This document shows positions 10,772-20,272 of a stretch of DNA of 64,000 nucleotides, one piece after another. Source of the stretch: Candidatus Sericytochromatia bacterium (lineage in GTDB: Bacteria; Cyanobacteriota; Sericytochromatia; S15B-MN24; JAQBPE01); assembly GCA_040400605.1 (NCBI GenBank), contig JBBAPZ010000017.1, positions 2,903-66,902 of the forward strand. The letters run 5' to 3'. How positions within the stretch are numbered: position 1 is the stretch's first letter; each line of letters opens with the position of its first letter. Under the pieces are notes generated by a model. The model searched no databases. It had not been told where the DNA came from and worked only from the letters and a program-made list of their open reading frames with translations. The position numbers and the translations under genes were made by a program.

Positions 10772-11452
10772 ATGGGAAACAGTCTTGTTTTTCTGCAACG
10801 CGTATCCATTTTCAGCGGCGTGGGCCAGGAGAGCCTTGAGCGCATTGCGAGCATTACACAGGAGAAAACCTATCCTAAAAAGAGCATCATTTTTCACGAG
10901 GGGGATCGTGGTGACACCTTGTACATTTTGAAGAGTGGGCGGGTCAAGATCTCAAAAATCACGGAAGATGGTCGTGAAAAGACTTTGGCGCTGATGCAAC
11001 CAGGTGAGTTCTTTGGTGAGATGGCTATTTTCGACGAGCAGCCGCGCTCCGCGACCGCGGAAGTGCTGGATGAGCAAGTGGTGGTTTATACGCTCAACAA
11101 ACGTGATTTCGAGCGATTGATCACGGGACATCCAACGATTGCATTAAAGATCATGCGTGATTTGACGCGTCGCATCCGACAGGTGAACCAGCAGGTTGAA
11201 GACCTCGCGTTCAAGGATGTGCACGAGCGCGTGGCGTCAACACTAAAAAACTTGGCGGAAGTGGAAGGGCGTCCGATTGGGTCAAAGGTTTTGATCAATT
11301 TGAAGATGACGCACCAGGATCTTGCGAACATGGTGGGTTCCTCGCGGGAAACGGTTACCCGAGCCTTGAATCGGCTACAGGATGAAGGAATCATTTCGAT
11401 TTCGCATCAGCAAATTACCATCAATCAGCCCAAGCAGTTGCAAATCTGGTAG
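10772..11452 (+). CDS. Crp/Fnr-family transcriptional regulator (cNMP-binding domain + C-terminal HTH)
   Basis: cNMP-binding beta-roll (GEFFGEMAIF...RSATA) and C-terminal HTH (QDLANMVGSSRETVTRAL). Confidence 0.8.
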   Translation: MGNSLVFLQRVSIFSGVGQESLERIASITQEKTYPKKSIIFHEGDRGDTLYILKSGRVKISKITEDGREKTLALMQPGEFFGEMAIFDEQPRSATAEVLDEQVVVYTLNKRDFERLITGHPTIALKIMRDLTRRIRQVNQQVEDLAFKDVHERVASTLKNLAEVEGRPIGSKVLINLKMTHQDLANMVGSSRETVTRALNRLQDEGIISISHQQITINQPKQLQIW

Positions 11453-11472
11453 TGCTGTGATCGACGGGCCCT

Positions 11473-11520
11473 CCTGCGCCAGTGACATGACGCAGGAGGG
11501 CTCAGGGTTTTGCACGGCAC
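11473..11520 (+). terminator. Rho-independent terminator downstream of the Crp-like gene
   Basis: GC-rich inverted repeat GCCCTCCTGCG...CGCAGGAGGGC followed by a GTTTTG run. Confidence 0.5.
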
Positions 11521-11561
11521 TTGGGTGACGTGGAACGGAACAGTTTTAAAAGGAGCCTGCC

Positions 11562-12869
11562 ATGCTCGACATTCGTATCATCCGACAGGAGCCCGATCGG
11601 GTGAAGGACAGTTTGAGGCGACGCTGTCACGACCTTGATCTGGATGACGTTTTGGCGTGTGACCGTTTGTTTCGGGAAACACAGACTGCGCTTGATGCGT
11701 TGCGTCATCGCAGAAATGACAGTTCCGAGCGCATCGCCCGTCTCAAAAAAGAGCAACGGCACGACGAAGCCGCGGCGCTCATCGTGGCGATGAAGGATGA
11801 CACCGCCCGCTTGAAGGCACTCGAAGCGGAGATGCCGCTCATTGAGCAGCGGCGTCAGGCGTTGTTGTTACGGATTCCCAATTTGTTGGACGTTTCGGTT
11901 CCAGATGGTGCAGATGAAGCATCAAATGTCGAAGTCCGTCGTTGGGGCACGCCGGTCGATTTTTCGTTTCCGGTAAAGGCGCATCATGAATTGGGAGAAA
12001 CGTTGGGGCTGTTGGATTTTGAGCGGGCGGCCAAACTGGTTGGTGCCCGTTTTGTGGTGATGCGTGATCTCGGTGCGCGTCTTGAACGCGCGGTCCTGAA
12101 TTTCATGTTGGATGTTCATACAACGCGTCATGGTTACACGGAAATACAGCCGCCGTATGTGGCCAATGCGGAAACATTGACCGCCAATGGCAACCTGCCC
12201 AAGTTTGCGGATCAGCTCTTCAAGCTCGAAGATACGGACTACTACCTGATCCCGACCGCCGAGATTCCACTGACAAACCTGTACCGCAATGAGATCTTGC
12301 CGGAAACGAGCTTGCCGCTGTACTTCACGGCAGGCACGCCTTGTTTCCGGTCCGAGGCAGGGGCGGCTGGACGAGACACCCGCGGCATCATTCGAATGCA
12401 CCAGTTTGACAAAGTTGAAATGGTAAAAATTGTCCATCCGGAAAACAGCATGGAGGAGTTGGATAAAATGGTTGCCAATGCCGAAACCATTCTGCAGGAA
12501 TTGGGGCTTCCTTATCGGGTGATACAGTTATGCGGGGGCGATACAGGCGCCAATGCAGCCAAAACCTATGATTTGGAGGTGTGGTTCCCATCTCAGGGCA
12601 AATACCGTGAAATTTCCAGTTGCTCGAATTGCACCGACTTTCAGGCTCGTCGCGGAAACATGCGTTTTCGTGACAGCGAGGGCAAACTGCAATGGCCCCA
12701 TACGTTGAATGGTTCCGGTTTGGCAGTTGGACGAACCGTGGCTGCCATTCTTGAAAACTGTCAAACGGCGTCGGGCGAGGTTCGTATTCCCGATGCGTTA
12801 AGGCCGTACTTGGGCGGGGTAGAATGGATTCGGTCTGGCCAATCGTTGGAAAAGGAAGTTGTGCGATGA
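11562..12869 (+). CDS. serS: serine--tRNA ligase
   Basis: N-terminal coiled-coil arm, class II aaRS motifs, 435 aa, canonical N-terminus MLDIRIIRQEP. Confidence 0.95.
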   Translation: MLDIRIIRQEPDRVKDSLRRRCHDLDLDDVLACDRLFRETQTALDALRHRRNDSSERIARLKKEQRHDEAAALIVAMKDDTARLKALEAEMPLIEQRRQALLLRIPNLLDVSVPDGADEASNVEVRRWGTPVDFSFPVKAHHELGETLGLLDFERAAKLVGARFVVMRDLGARLERAVLNFMLDVHTTRHGYTEIQPPYVANAETLTANGNLPKFADQLFKLEDTDYYLIPTAEIPLTNLYRNEILPETSLPLYFTAGTPCFRSEAGAAGRDTRGIIRMHQFDKVEMVKIVHPENSMEELDKMVANAETILQELGLPYRVIQLCGGDTGANAAKTYDLEVWFPSQGKYREISSCSNCTDFQARRGNMRFRDSEGKLQWPHTLNGSGLAVGRTVAAILENCQTASGEVRIPDALRPYLGGVEWIRSGQSLEKEVVR

Positions 12870-13411
12870 GTCAAACGGCTGCGAATGCGTATGCTCACCC
12901 CCGTTTGAATGAGCTGTTGCAGCGTGCGGCCCAATTGCCTTTCATTGGGCAATTGTTGATCAACACCGTCCGAGACTTGGTGCATCCGCAAGATCGTGTA
13001 CTTATCTGTTACCCTGTGATCGAAACATCCGGAGCCACAGCAGAAAAAGCCTTCACGTACTATTCAATCGACGTCGTCTTGGTGACCGCTGCGTTTTACA
13101 TTCGGATTCTTTTTTATCCCAAGACGCATACCTGCATCAAGAAACGCGTACACATGATTTCAGACGTTAAAATTGAATATCCCGCGCCACCGATGGAAGA
13201 GCTAGCGGTACTCAAAAGCGGTGAATTTTTGCCTTCACGCATCAAATTGGAGGCACGTCTGGTCAATGACAAGGCCGAGTCGGTTGATTCCTGGATGGCG
13301 GAGGCAAGTGATCCCGAAAGTGTGCGACTGCTGGTTGAGATCAATCGCCAAATGGGTCGGATGGTTGGTTTACCGCTGTCACAGTGCGCGTCTGGGGGAG
13401 TCTCAACGTAA
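12866..13411 (+). CDS. hypothetical protein
   Basis: ORF whose ATG overlaps the serS stop (ATGA). No recognisable domain and a lower-GC stretch, so weak. Confidence 0.35.
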   Translation: MSQTAANAYAHPRLNELLQRAAQLPFIGQLLINTVRDLVHPQDRVLICYPVIETSGATAEKAFTYYSIDVVLVTAAFYIRILFYPKTHTCIKKRVHMISDVKIEYPAPPMEELAVLKSGEFLPSRIKLEARLVNDKAESVDSWMAEASDPESVRLLVEINRQMGRMVGLPLSQCASGGVST

Positions 13412-13458
13412 TTCAGCAGATGCCGGTTCTTGCGCCGGTATCGTGAGGGGAATTCGCC

Positions 13459-14544
13459 TTGCATATTCTTGACTTTTTGCGTTCCGCCATTCACAAAGGG
13501 GCATCCGATATTCATATCAAGTCGGGTAATCCGCCGATGCTGCGCATCGATGGTCGTATCGTTCCGACCGAGTATAAGTCGTTATCACCTGATGAGACGC
13601 GACAGTCAATTTACGCCATTATGACATCGGAACAGCGGCGCATTTTTGAAGAGCGGCGCGAAATGGATCTCTCGCTTCAGTTGGATGGTCTGGCTCGGTT
13701 TCGAATGAATGTGTATTCCGAGTCAGGCAACATTGGGGCAGCGTTGCGGGTCATACCGATTGACCCCATTCCGCTTGACGAATTGGGTTTGCCGCCAGTG
13801 CTCAAAAAGCTGGCCCTCGAACGCCAGGGGTTGGTTTTGGTCACTGGGCCGACGGGTTCCGGCAAGTCGACCACGTTAGCGGCCATGGTTGATTTCATCA
13901 ATACCACCAAAGACGTTCACATCGTCACGGCAGAGGATCCGATCGAATTCTACTACACGAACAAAAAGTCCATTATCACACAGCGCGAATTGGGAACTGA
14001 CACCAAGGATTTTCCAAGTGCTCTCAAGTATGCACTTCGGCAGGATCCGGATGTCATTCTGATTGGTGAAATGCGTGACCAGGAGACCATCTTGTCTGCC
14101 ATGAAAGCAGCCGAAACTGGTCACTTGGTGTTCTCGACCCTGCACACGACCGATTCGGTGCAGACCATTAACCGTATTCTCAATTATTTTCCGCCTCACG
14201 AACGGGAGACACTGCGCCATGAACTAGCGATGGTGTTAAAAGGGTGCGTGGCACAGCGTCTGATTCAGCGGTCCGATGGTCCCGGTCGGGTCGCGTGCCA
14301 TGAGATTCTGATCGGCACACCGACAATTAGTGACCTGATTATGAAAAACGAACTTCACGGTTGTTACGAAATCATCGCCCAAGGCGGCATGGAAGGCATG
14401 CAATCCATGAATAGTGCCATTTTCCAACACTACCAGGATGAAATCATCTCACTGGATGACGCGCTCGGTTACTCTGATAACCCCAACGAATTGCAGCGCA
14501 TGATGCGCGGAGCGTTCCACGGTTCGGGCTTGGGCAAGAATTGA
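13459..14544 (+). CDS. pilT: type IV pilus retraction ATPase PilT
   Basis: Full-length near-colinear match to the PilT family: Walker A GPTGSGKSTT, Asp box, His box, and the PilT-specific AIRNLIRE-like region (ISDLIMKNE). Confidence 0.9.
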   Translation: MHILDFLRSAIHKGASDIHIKSGNPPMLRIDGRIVPTEYKSLSPDETRQSIYAIMTSEQRRIFEERREMDLSLQLDGLARFRMNVYSESGNIGAALRVIPIDPIPLDELGLPPVLKKLALERQGLVLVTGPTGSGKSTTLAAMVDFINTTKDVHIVTAEDPIEFYYTNKKSIITQRELGTDTKDFPSALKYALRQDPDVILIGEMRDQETILSAMKAAETGHLVFSTLHTTDSVQTINRILNYFPPHERETLRHELAMVLKGCVAQRLIQRSDGPGRVACHEILIGTPTISDLIMKNELHGCYEIIAQGGMEGMQSMNSAIFQHYQDEIISLDDALGYSDNPNELQRMMRGAFHGSGLGKN

Positions 14545-14629
14545 TCGGCAATCAAATGTAATCAAGAATGTAACCATTCCCGATTACAAAATTCGAGGTA
14601 GTAGACGCTCAACGATCCATTAAAATGCG

Positions 14630-16072
14630 TCAACTCATGCCCATTTGAGCCGACATCTGCTGACCTTGGCTGCGAATCGTTGAGATTGCTTTCTCCATGG
14701 CAGTAAACTGACTACGTAAAATCTTTTCACGTCTGCCCACACGGTCCTCCAGTGTCGCGACGCGCTTGTCGAAGTTGGAAATGGTCTCGTTCATGGCGTT
14801 AATGCGGGAAACCATGGCGCCTGTTGAGCGGGCACCATTTGCATCCAGACCATTGTATGCGGAACTGCGTGAGATCAGCATGTCGGCAAATGCACTCAAG
14901 CGGTTCGCAATGCCATCTCCCTGCGCCATCGTTGTCGTATTGCCGGCACTATTCAATTTGGTACTGCCGGACGTCGCACCATCCTCTCGTGCAAACAGGT
15001 TGTACACTGCAGACGGGTTAGCATCCAACGCAGTTCTTAATTTTGCGGTATCCAGATTCAACTTGCCGTCGCGACCCACGGACAGGCCAATCTTGGTGTA
15101 ATTTTCATAACCGCTGTTTCCACCAACATTTGGATCAAACGTATCGGTCACCTGACGGGTCAACTGGCCTGCAATGCTCGTAACAAAGGAATCTCCAAGC
15201 AACGGTCCGCCTTGCTTGGTTGCGACATCATATTTGGTGTCTTCCTGGATCTGGGAAATGATGTCATTCACCTTAGTCACCATGTCTTGAACCTTGTTGA
15301 CGGCACTGGCCGTGTCTGCCGTGACGCTCAGGTTCTTAGCCGTGCCAAGCGCCACGGCGGTAATTGAGACGCCGTTGATCGCATTGTTAAAAACATTGCT
15401 CGAACTGGTCACCGTAATTCCCGCAAGCGTGATTTGCGCGTCCTGCGCCGCCACATCCGATACCGACGCCTGCAAACCGAAATCGGTCAAAGTAGCGGGC
15501 CCCGAACTCATCGACAACGTATAATTCTCGGCAGACCCGGTACTCTTGCCGGTCAGAATCAACCGTCCGTTTACCACGGAACCGGTCAACCCGGACTCGC
15601 TGTCCGCATTAATCTTAGTGGCGATCGCCTGAGCGTCATCACCTGCTGTGACTGAGACGTTGGCTGTGCGCGAAGCTCCCGCAATTGTCAACGTACCACC
15701 CCCATGCGCCGCATTGAAAGCGTTGCCGCCCACCTTCTGACTCTTGGCCAACGCATTCACATCAACACTGAAAGAACCAGGGGATGCCGTATTCGAAGCG
15801 GTCACCGTAAAGGTCGCTGTATCGCTCGACGTGGCATTTTTCGCCGTAAACGGAGACGTATTGAGGCTACTGCCCTTCACCGCGTCAGCAGAAGAACGCA
15901 GCATCAACAATTTGGTATTCAAAGCCCGCATCCGAACCAACCGGGTTCTCTCGGTTGATTGCTGCTGCTTAACCTTGGTAATGGGACGCCGCTCAATGGC
16001 CATCAGCTGATCGACAATCGACGCCGTATCAATTCCTGAAGCCATACCAGAAAAGTTGATGCCGGTACCCAT
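14630..16072 (-). CDS. fliD: flagellar filament capping protein FliD (hook-associated protein 2)
   Basis: FliD N-terminal (GIDTASIVDQLMAIERRPI) and C-terminal (TAMEKAISTIRSQGQQM) conserved coiled-coil regions. Proposed ATG at 16072 has a GGGAGGG RBS. The track ORF starts at a TTG at 16141. Confidence 0.8.
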   Translation of the reverse strand: MGTGINFSGMASGIDTASIVDQLMAIERRPITKVKQQQSTERTRLVRMRALNTKLLMLRSSADAVKGSSLNTSPFTAKNATSSDTATFTVTASNTASPGSFSVDVNALAKSQKVGGNAFNAAHGGGTLTIAGASRTANVSVTAGDDAQAIATKINADSESGLTGSVVNGRLILTGKSTGSAENYTLSMSSGPATLTDFGLQASVSDVAAQDAQITLAGITVTSSSNVFNNAINGVSITAVALGTAKNLSVTADTASAVNKVQDMVTKVNDIISQIQEDTKYDVATKQGGPLLGDSFVTSIAGQLTRQVTDTFDPNVGGNSGYENYTKIGLSVGRDGKLNLDTAKLRTALDANPSAVYNLFAREDGATSGSTKLNSAGNTTTMAQGDGIANRLSAFADMLISRSSAYNGLDANGARSTGAMVSRINAMNETISNFDKRVATLEDRVGRREKILRSQFTAMEKAISTIRSQGQQMSAQMGMS

Positions 16073-16166
16073 CCCGAACCCTCCCACAACGCACGATGCC
16101 CAACGCGTCAAACGTTCATGATCATTATCGGTACAAATCAAGCATACCTTGAGTGCCCGAATGGAA

Positions 16167-16190
16167 ACACCCCATGCGTGATCACTTTAA
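16167..16190 (-). promoter_or_regulatory. recurring motif TTAAAGTGATCACGCATGGGG (copy 2, upstream of fliD, minus strand)
   Basis: Reverse complement of + strand CCCCATGCGTGATCACTTTAA. About 95-118 nt upstream of the fliD ATG at 16072. Confidence 0.4.
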
Positions 16191-16549
16191 CAGGCTGCTG
16201 AAAAAGTGCCTGAAAGACTCTTTTCTTCCAAATTGCTCAGGGCGGAATGCGGGTTTACAGTCTCGACAAGGAGCCTGGAGCGCGTAATTCAGCAGCCTGT
16301 TAAGAGCTGTTTCCAGGTTTTCCAGATAATTGCTGCTTCACCAAGTCCGAAGGGTCGCCTGAAGTCAATGTGATCCATACAGGAAAGCGTTGATTGCTGA
16401 TCAAACTTTGGATGTTTTTGAACAGAAACCCATGCGTCACGGTATAACAGTTTTTGGTATCGAGCCCCGGACGGTCAAAACAACAACGGATTTACCACAC
16501 CGCCAAGACCATCAGGCCGCACAAGATAAAATGCCGCCCTCAAACGCTT

Positions 16550-16930
16550 TCACAGGCTAGACGGCAACCGTTGTTGCAGCGCGATCCGGTTTCCTTCCGA
16601 GTCTTGAAATTCCGCCACCTTGAAGCGATTCATCACCGTGGTGACGGGATAAAGAGACCAGGCGCCAGCGTGCAAGGCCGACGCCATTGTCTGCTCAATA
16701 TCAGCCACTGAAAGGTAGATGCGCGCACCATCCAGGCTTGGAACATAGCTCTCCCCCTTGGCCAGAGCGCCGGAACAGCCATCCGCTTCCTCGCCGAACG
16801 GAAACAACGCCATGTCGTTGCCATCGATCGTCACCTGTTTGAATTCAACACCGAATACACGAGTGTAAAACGCCACGGCTCGTGTCATGTCAGTTACAGG
16901 GATTTCAAAATAAACGGCAATCATGATCAC
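16550..16930 (-). CDS. VOC/glyoxalase-family protein
   Basis: 126 aa with a glyoxalase/bleomycin-resistance-like fold pattern. Confidence 0.65.
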   Translation of the reverse strand: MIMIAVYFEIPVTDMTRAVAFYTRVFGVEFKQVTIDGNDMALFPFGEEADGCSGALAKGESYVPSLDGARIYLSVADIEQTMASALHAGAWSLYPVTTVMNRFKVAEFQDSEGNRIALQQRLPSSL

Positions 16931-17327
16931 CCGTTATCTCCTGGAATCATATTGTAGAAAGTCAGAACGGGCGCCGTTCCAACCGTTTTCACGAGCCCAG
17001 CAACCCTGCATTGCCCAGGTCAAACCTTTGTCTGTGATTGAAGGACGTGCAAAGTTGCTTCTTTGTGAGTAATCTCACCGGTCATCGTGTATCAAATCTT
17101 TATCGAATCCGCTGTCTCAAACCGGCAGCGAGGCGATCATAACAGGTCGCCCTGTTTTCCCTTTCTGTCAATTCGTACCCGGTTTCGGGTACAGGTTTAC
17201 ACACCTGCATTTTGGATCGGCCGTTCGTTGTGGTAGATGGTACGACGCTTTTCTACGATAACATGCTTCATCCAGGAGACCTTCCGGGCAACAACGCGCC
17301 CACTTTTCAAATGACGAAAGGCACACA

Positions 17328-17555
17328 ATGGAAACCAACAGTCCCACCGAATCCGCCCGCGAAGCCGCTCAATCGCCCGCGCCGATCATGGCGGTCAGCT
17401 TGGACAAAGACAATCGCAAGTGGGCCGAAAACTATGTCGCAACACTACGCGAACGCCTGCAACGAGAAGAATCGCAAGATGTACCTGATCCCGTCTGGCA
17501 AAACTACCTTCGGCACGAAATTACCAGCTATGAGGATCTACTCGACCGTCTCTGA
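17328..17555 (+). CDS. hypothetical small protein
   Basis: 75-aa acidic ORF, weak RBS. Confidence 0.3.
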   Translation: METNSPTESAREAAQSPAPIMAVSLDKDNRKWAENYVATLRERLQREESQDVPDPVWQNYLRHEITSYEDLLDRL

Positions 17556-17954
17556 ACCGTGTAACAACTGTTCCACCCAGGCCCCAGACATCTGGACCAA
17601 GAGTTGCCCATCCGCCATCTGAAACACAATACCCTGCCGAAACGCCGCAACCATTACACGCTCACCACGACCATCGGCAGCGTCACCCGCCACATATTTA
17701 ATCGATAACGTCTCACCATTATAAACGTGGGTGAGCCGTCCGCCTTCCAAGGCGCTCACACCCCACGCTCGCACCGTATCGCAAATCCGATCATACAACA
17801 CGCGATCCAACACCAGCGGCTCAGCTGTGGTCTCAGAAACGGCAGGCGACAAGGCCGTATCAAAATCACCCCGCGCTTGGGCCGCACGCGCACGCTGCTT
17901 TTTCTTGCTCTTGCTCATAGCCCCCATGATGGGGAGCCCTGACAATCCTGTCAA
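17538..17954 (-). CDS. hypothetical protein with Lys-rich N-terminus
   Basis: 138 aa (MSKSKKKQRARAAQ...) with no known domain. Confidence 0.35.
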   Translation of the reverse strand: MTGLSGLPIMGAMSKSKKKQRARAAQARGDFDTALSPAVSETTAEPLVLDRVLYDRICDTVRAWGVSALEGGRLTHVYNGETLSIKYVAGDAADGRGERVMVAAFRQGIVFQMADGQLLVQMSGAWVEQLLHGSETVE

Positions 17955-18253
17955 AGCGATCGTTCTTGACGGTGATGCGACCCGTCGACATCACAAAACA
18001 TGCTTGCAGTTGTTTTCAAATGATTGAATGCGACCTGTTGGCAAACGACCCAAGCATTGAAACGATAGCTGACGACACGTGTTGTTTCCCTGACGTGCCG
18101 AACTGGCGAAATAGGGTCTGCCAACCACCGTGTTTCAGTGTTGTTTGCAAAACTCACGGACTGAACAATCAGAGCTTCCGCCGGGATGATCAGGAACGCT
18201 GGCGTGATGCAGCGGAAAATGACATGATCATGTAAAAATCAACAGGTTTTGCG

Positions 18254-19183
18254 GTGGATTTTCTCAAAAACAAGAATAACGAGGTTACTTTGTCCATTCA
18301 AACCCCTTTTAAGCCGCGCTCCATTGCCGAGTTATTGGGTCATTTTGGCTTGGTGGAGTTGCCGTTTCAATTGAGTGAGGATCCCCGTTGGCAGTTTCTG
18401 ACGCCACATTTGAAGTCTTGTCTGAGTCGCACACTGATGGGAATCGAGTCCCGTCAGGGCATGGTCAGTGTTGTGGGTGCTTATGGGTCTGGCAAGTCGA
18501 TGATGGTGCGACGTCTCGTCACCATTTTGGATGAGGATCCCGATTATGATGTGCAGGTGATTGCCAACCCCAGTTATACGGGTTTGCAGTTACTCAAGTT
18601 GATTGGGGATTTATACGGAGTCAGTCGCAAAGGCACGAAATTGGCGCAATTCGATGCGTTCGCCCGTTACTTGATGGAGGCTTATCAAAACAATCGTCAT
18701 CCGGTTTTGTTGATTGACGAAGCCCAGTTGCTCAGCGACGGTACGCGTGGCAATGGGGGCTTGCCTGTATTGAAGCAGATTAATAATTTTTCGGCACTTG
18801 ATGAGAAGTCAATTTCGATTGTGCTCGTGGGGCAAGAGACGTTGCGTCACAATTTGGCACGCCATCCTGAAATTGAAAGTCGTATTTTTACCAGCTCCAC
18901 GCTGGATCCATTGAACCGCGAGGAGGTAACGGACCTGGTTGAATTCCGTTTGCGGGTGGCAGGATGGGGTGGTGCACCGCTGTTTGCGCCGGAAGCGCTT
19001 GAGGCGTTGTATGTGGGCTCGCGCGGGGTCCCGCGTCGCGTGTGCACACTGGCATTCAACATGATGCAGGCAGCCTTTGCCGAGGGAGCGTTTTTCATAT
19101 CCGGTGCGCGCGCGCAGGAGGTGGTCGCCCGTGAAGCGAGCAATCGTGGTTTGAATCTCGAACCTGCCGTGATGGAGGAATAG
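18254..19183 (+). CDS. ExeA/GspA/MshM-like AAA ATPase (AAA_22/TniB-like)
   Basis: GTG start. ExeA-type N-terminus (FGLVELPFQLSEDPRWQFLTPHLKSCLSRTL), Walker A GAYGSGKS, Walker B LLIDEAQ. Confidence 0.7.
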   Translation: MDFLKNKNNEVTLSIQTPFKPRSIAELLGHFGLVELPFQLSEDPRWQFLTPHLKSCLSRTLMGIESRQGMVSVVGAYGSGKSMMVRRLVTILDEDPDYDVQVIANPSYTGLQLLKLIGDLYGVSRKGTKLAQFDAFARYLMEAYQNNRHPVLLIDEAQLLSDGTRGNGGLPVLKQINNFSALDEKSISIVLVGQETLRHNLARHPEIESRIFTSSTLDPLNREEVTDLVEFRLRVAGWGGAPLFAPEALEALYVGSRGVPRRVCTLAFNMMQAAFAEGAFFISGARAQEVVAREASNRGLNLEPAVMEE

Positions 19184-19189
19184 GCTGCC

Positions 19190-20218
19190 ATGACCACGTC
19201 GTCACTTAAAAAGTTCGATGAGCTGGCCATGAGTCGGAGGCAGCAGCGTGGCACGCCGTTGCCTCAGATTCCCCTCGCACAGATTGCACCGTTGCCCAAT
19301 CAGCCCAGACAGGCGATCGACCCCGACAAACTGAATGAACTGGCGACAAGCATCCGGATGCATGGCGTGATTCAACCCATCATTGTGATGGTCAGACAAA
19401 ACGTCACGGATTCCGATCCTATCCGTTACAGCATTGTTTGTGGCGAGCGTCGTTTTCGCGCAGCCCGGTTGGCCGGCCTCGATGCGATTCCGGCAGTCGT
19501 CCGTGACTACGCGGATGACGAAGTGGCCGTTTTAGCGCTACTTGAAAATTTACAAAGGGAGGATCTCACACCACTTGAAGAAGCGGAATACCTGGCGCAA
19601 TTGAAACAAAAGTATGCATTTACGGAGGAACAACTGGGCGAACGCCTGGGCAAGAGTCGTGATTACATCCATATGCGCACCCGTCTTCTCAATCTGAGTC
19701 CAGACCTCATTGAGACGTGGAAATCCGCTTCGACACCCCGCGTATTCGAAAAACTGACCCCCTCCCACGCCATTCTGCTCAACCAGGTGAAAGATGATGA
19801 TCTCCGTCAAACACTGATTCAACTCATCGTTGATGAACCAATCACCGTGGCGGAAACCCGCCGCCGTATCGACATGATCAAACAAGCCACCGAAAGTGAC
19901 GACGTAAACACCACAGAAACGGGTCAACGATTGTTGCAATCAGCGGTGAAGGGTATCAGTGACGCCGAGTTCCGGCTACGGTTACAGCAAGTTGCACCAA
20001 AACCGGCCCAATGCCTGGAGCCTGTCAGGGGGCCGGAGCCCACCTTGGTTCTTCAAGATCTGGCCATGCACCGTCTGCTCGCACCCTTGATCGCGCAAGG
20101 GGCGACATCCGTGGCCTTTCAGGAACTCGAACTTGCGCTCAAAAAAGATCTGACCTGGGTACGTCGCATTCATCGCGACAATCTGGCTGGCGGCCAAACG
20201 GGGACCAATGACGCTTGA
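19190..20218 (+). CDS. ParB/Srx-fold (ParB N-terminal nuclease-like) domain protein
   Basis: ParB-box motifs GERRFRAA and ENLQREDL. Long helical C-terminal extension. Lies 7 bp downstream of the AAA gene. Confidence 0.7.
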   Translation: MTTSSLKKFDELAMSRRQQRGTPLPQIPLAQIAPLPNQPRQAIDPDKLNELATSIRMHGVIQPIIVMVRQNVTDSDPIRYSIVCGERRFRAARLAGLDAIPAVVRDYADDEVAVLALLENLQREDLTPLEEAEYLAQLKQKYAFTEEQLGERLGKSRDYIHMRTRLLNLSPDLIETWKSASTPRVFEKLTPSHAILLNQVKDDDLRQTLIQLIVDEPITVAETRRRIDMIKQATESDDVNTTETGQRLLQSAVKGISDAEFRLRLQQVAPKPAQCLEPVRGPEPTLVLQDLAMHRLLAPLIAQGATSVAFQELELALKKDLTWVRRIHRDNLAGGQTGTNDA

Positions 20219-20272
20219 CGCGACCGGACAAGATTTATAGGATGACAACTGCGACAACATGAAAGGGATCCG

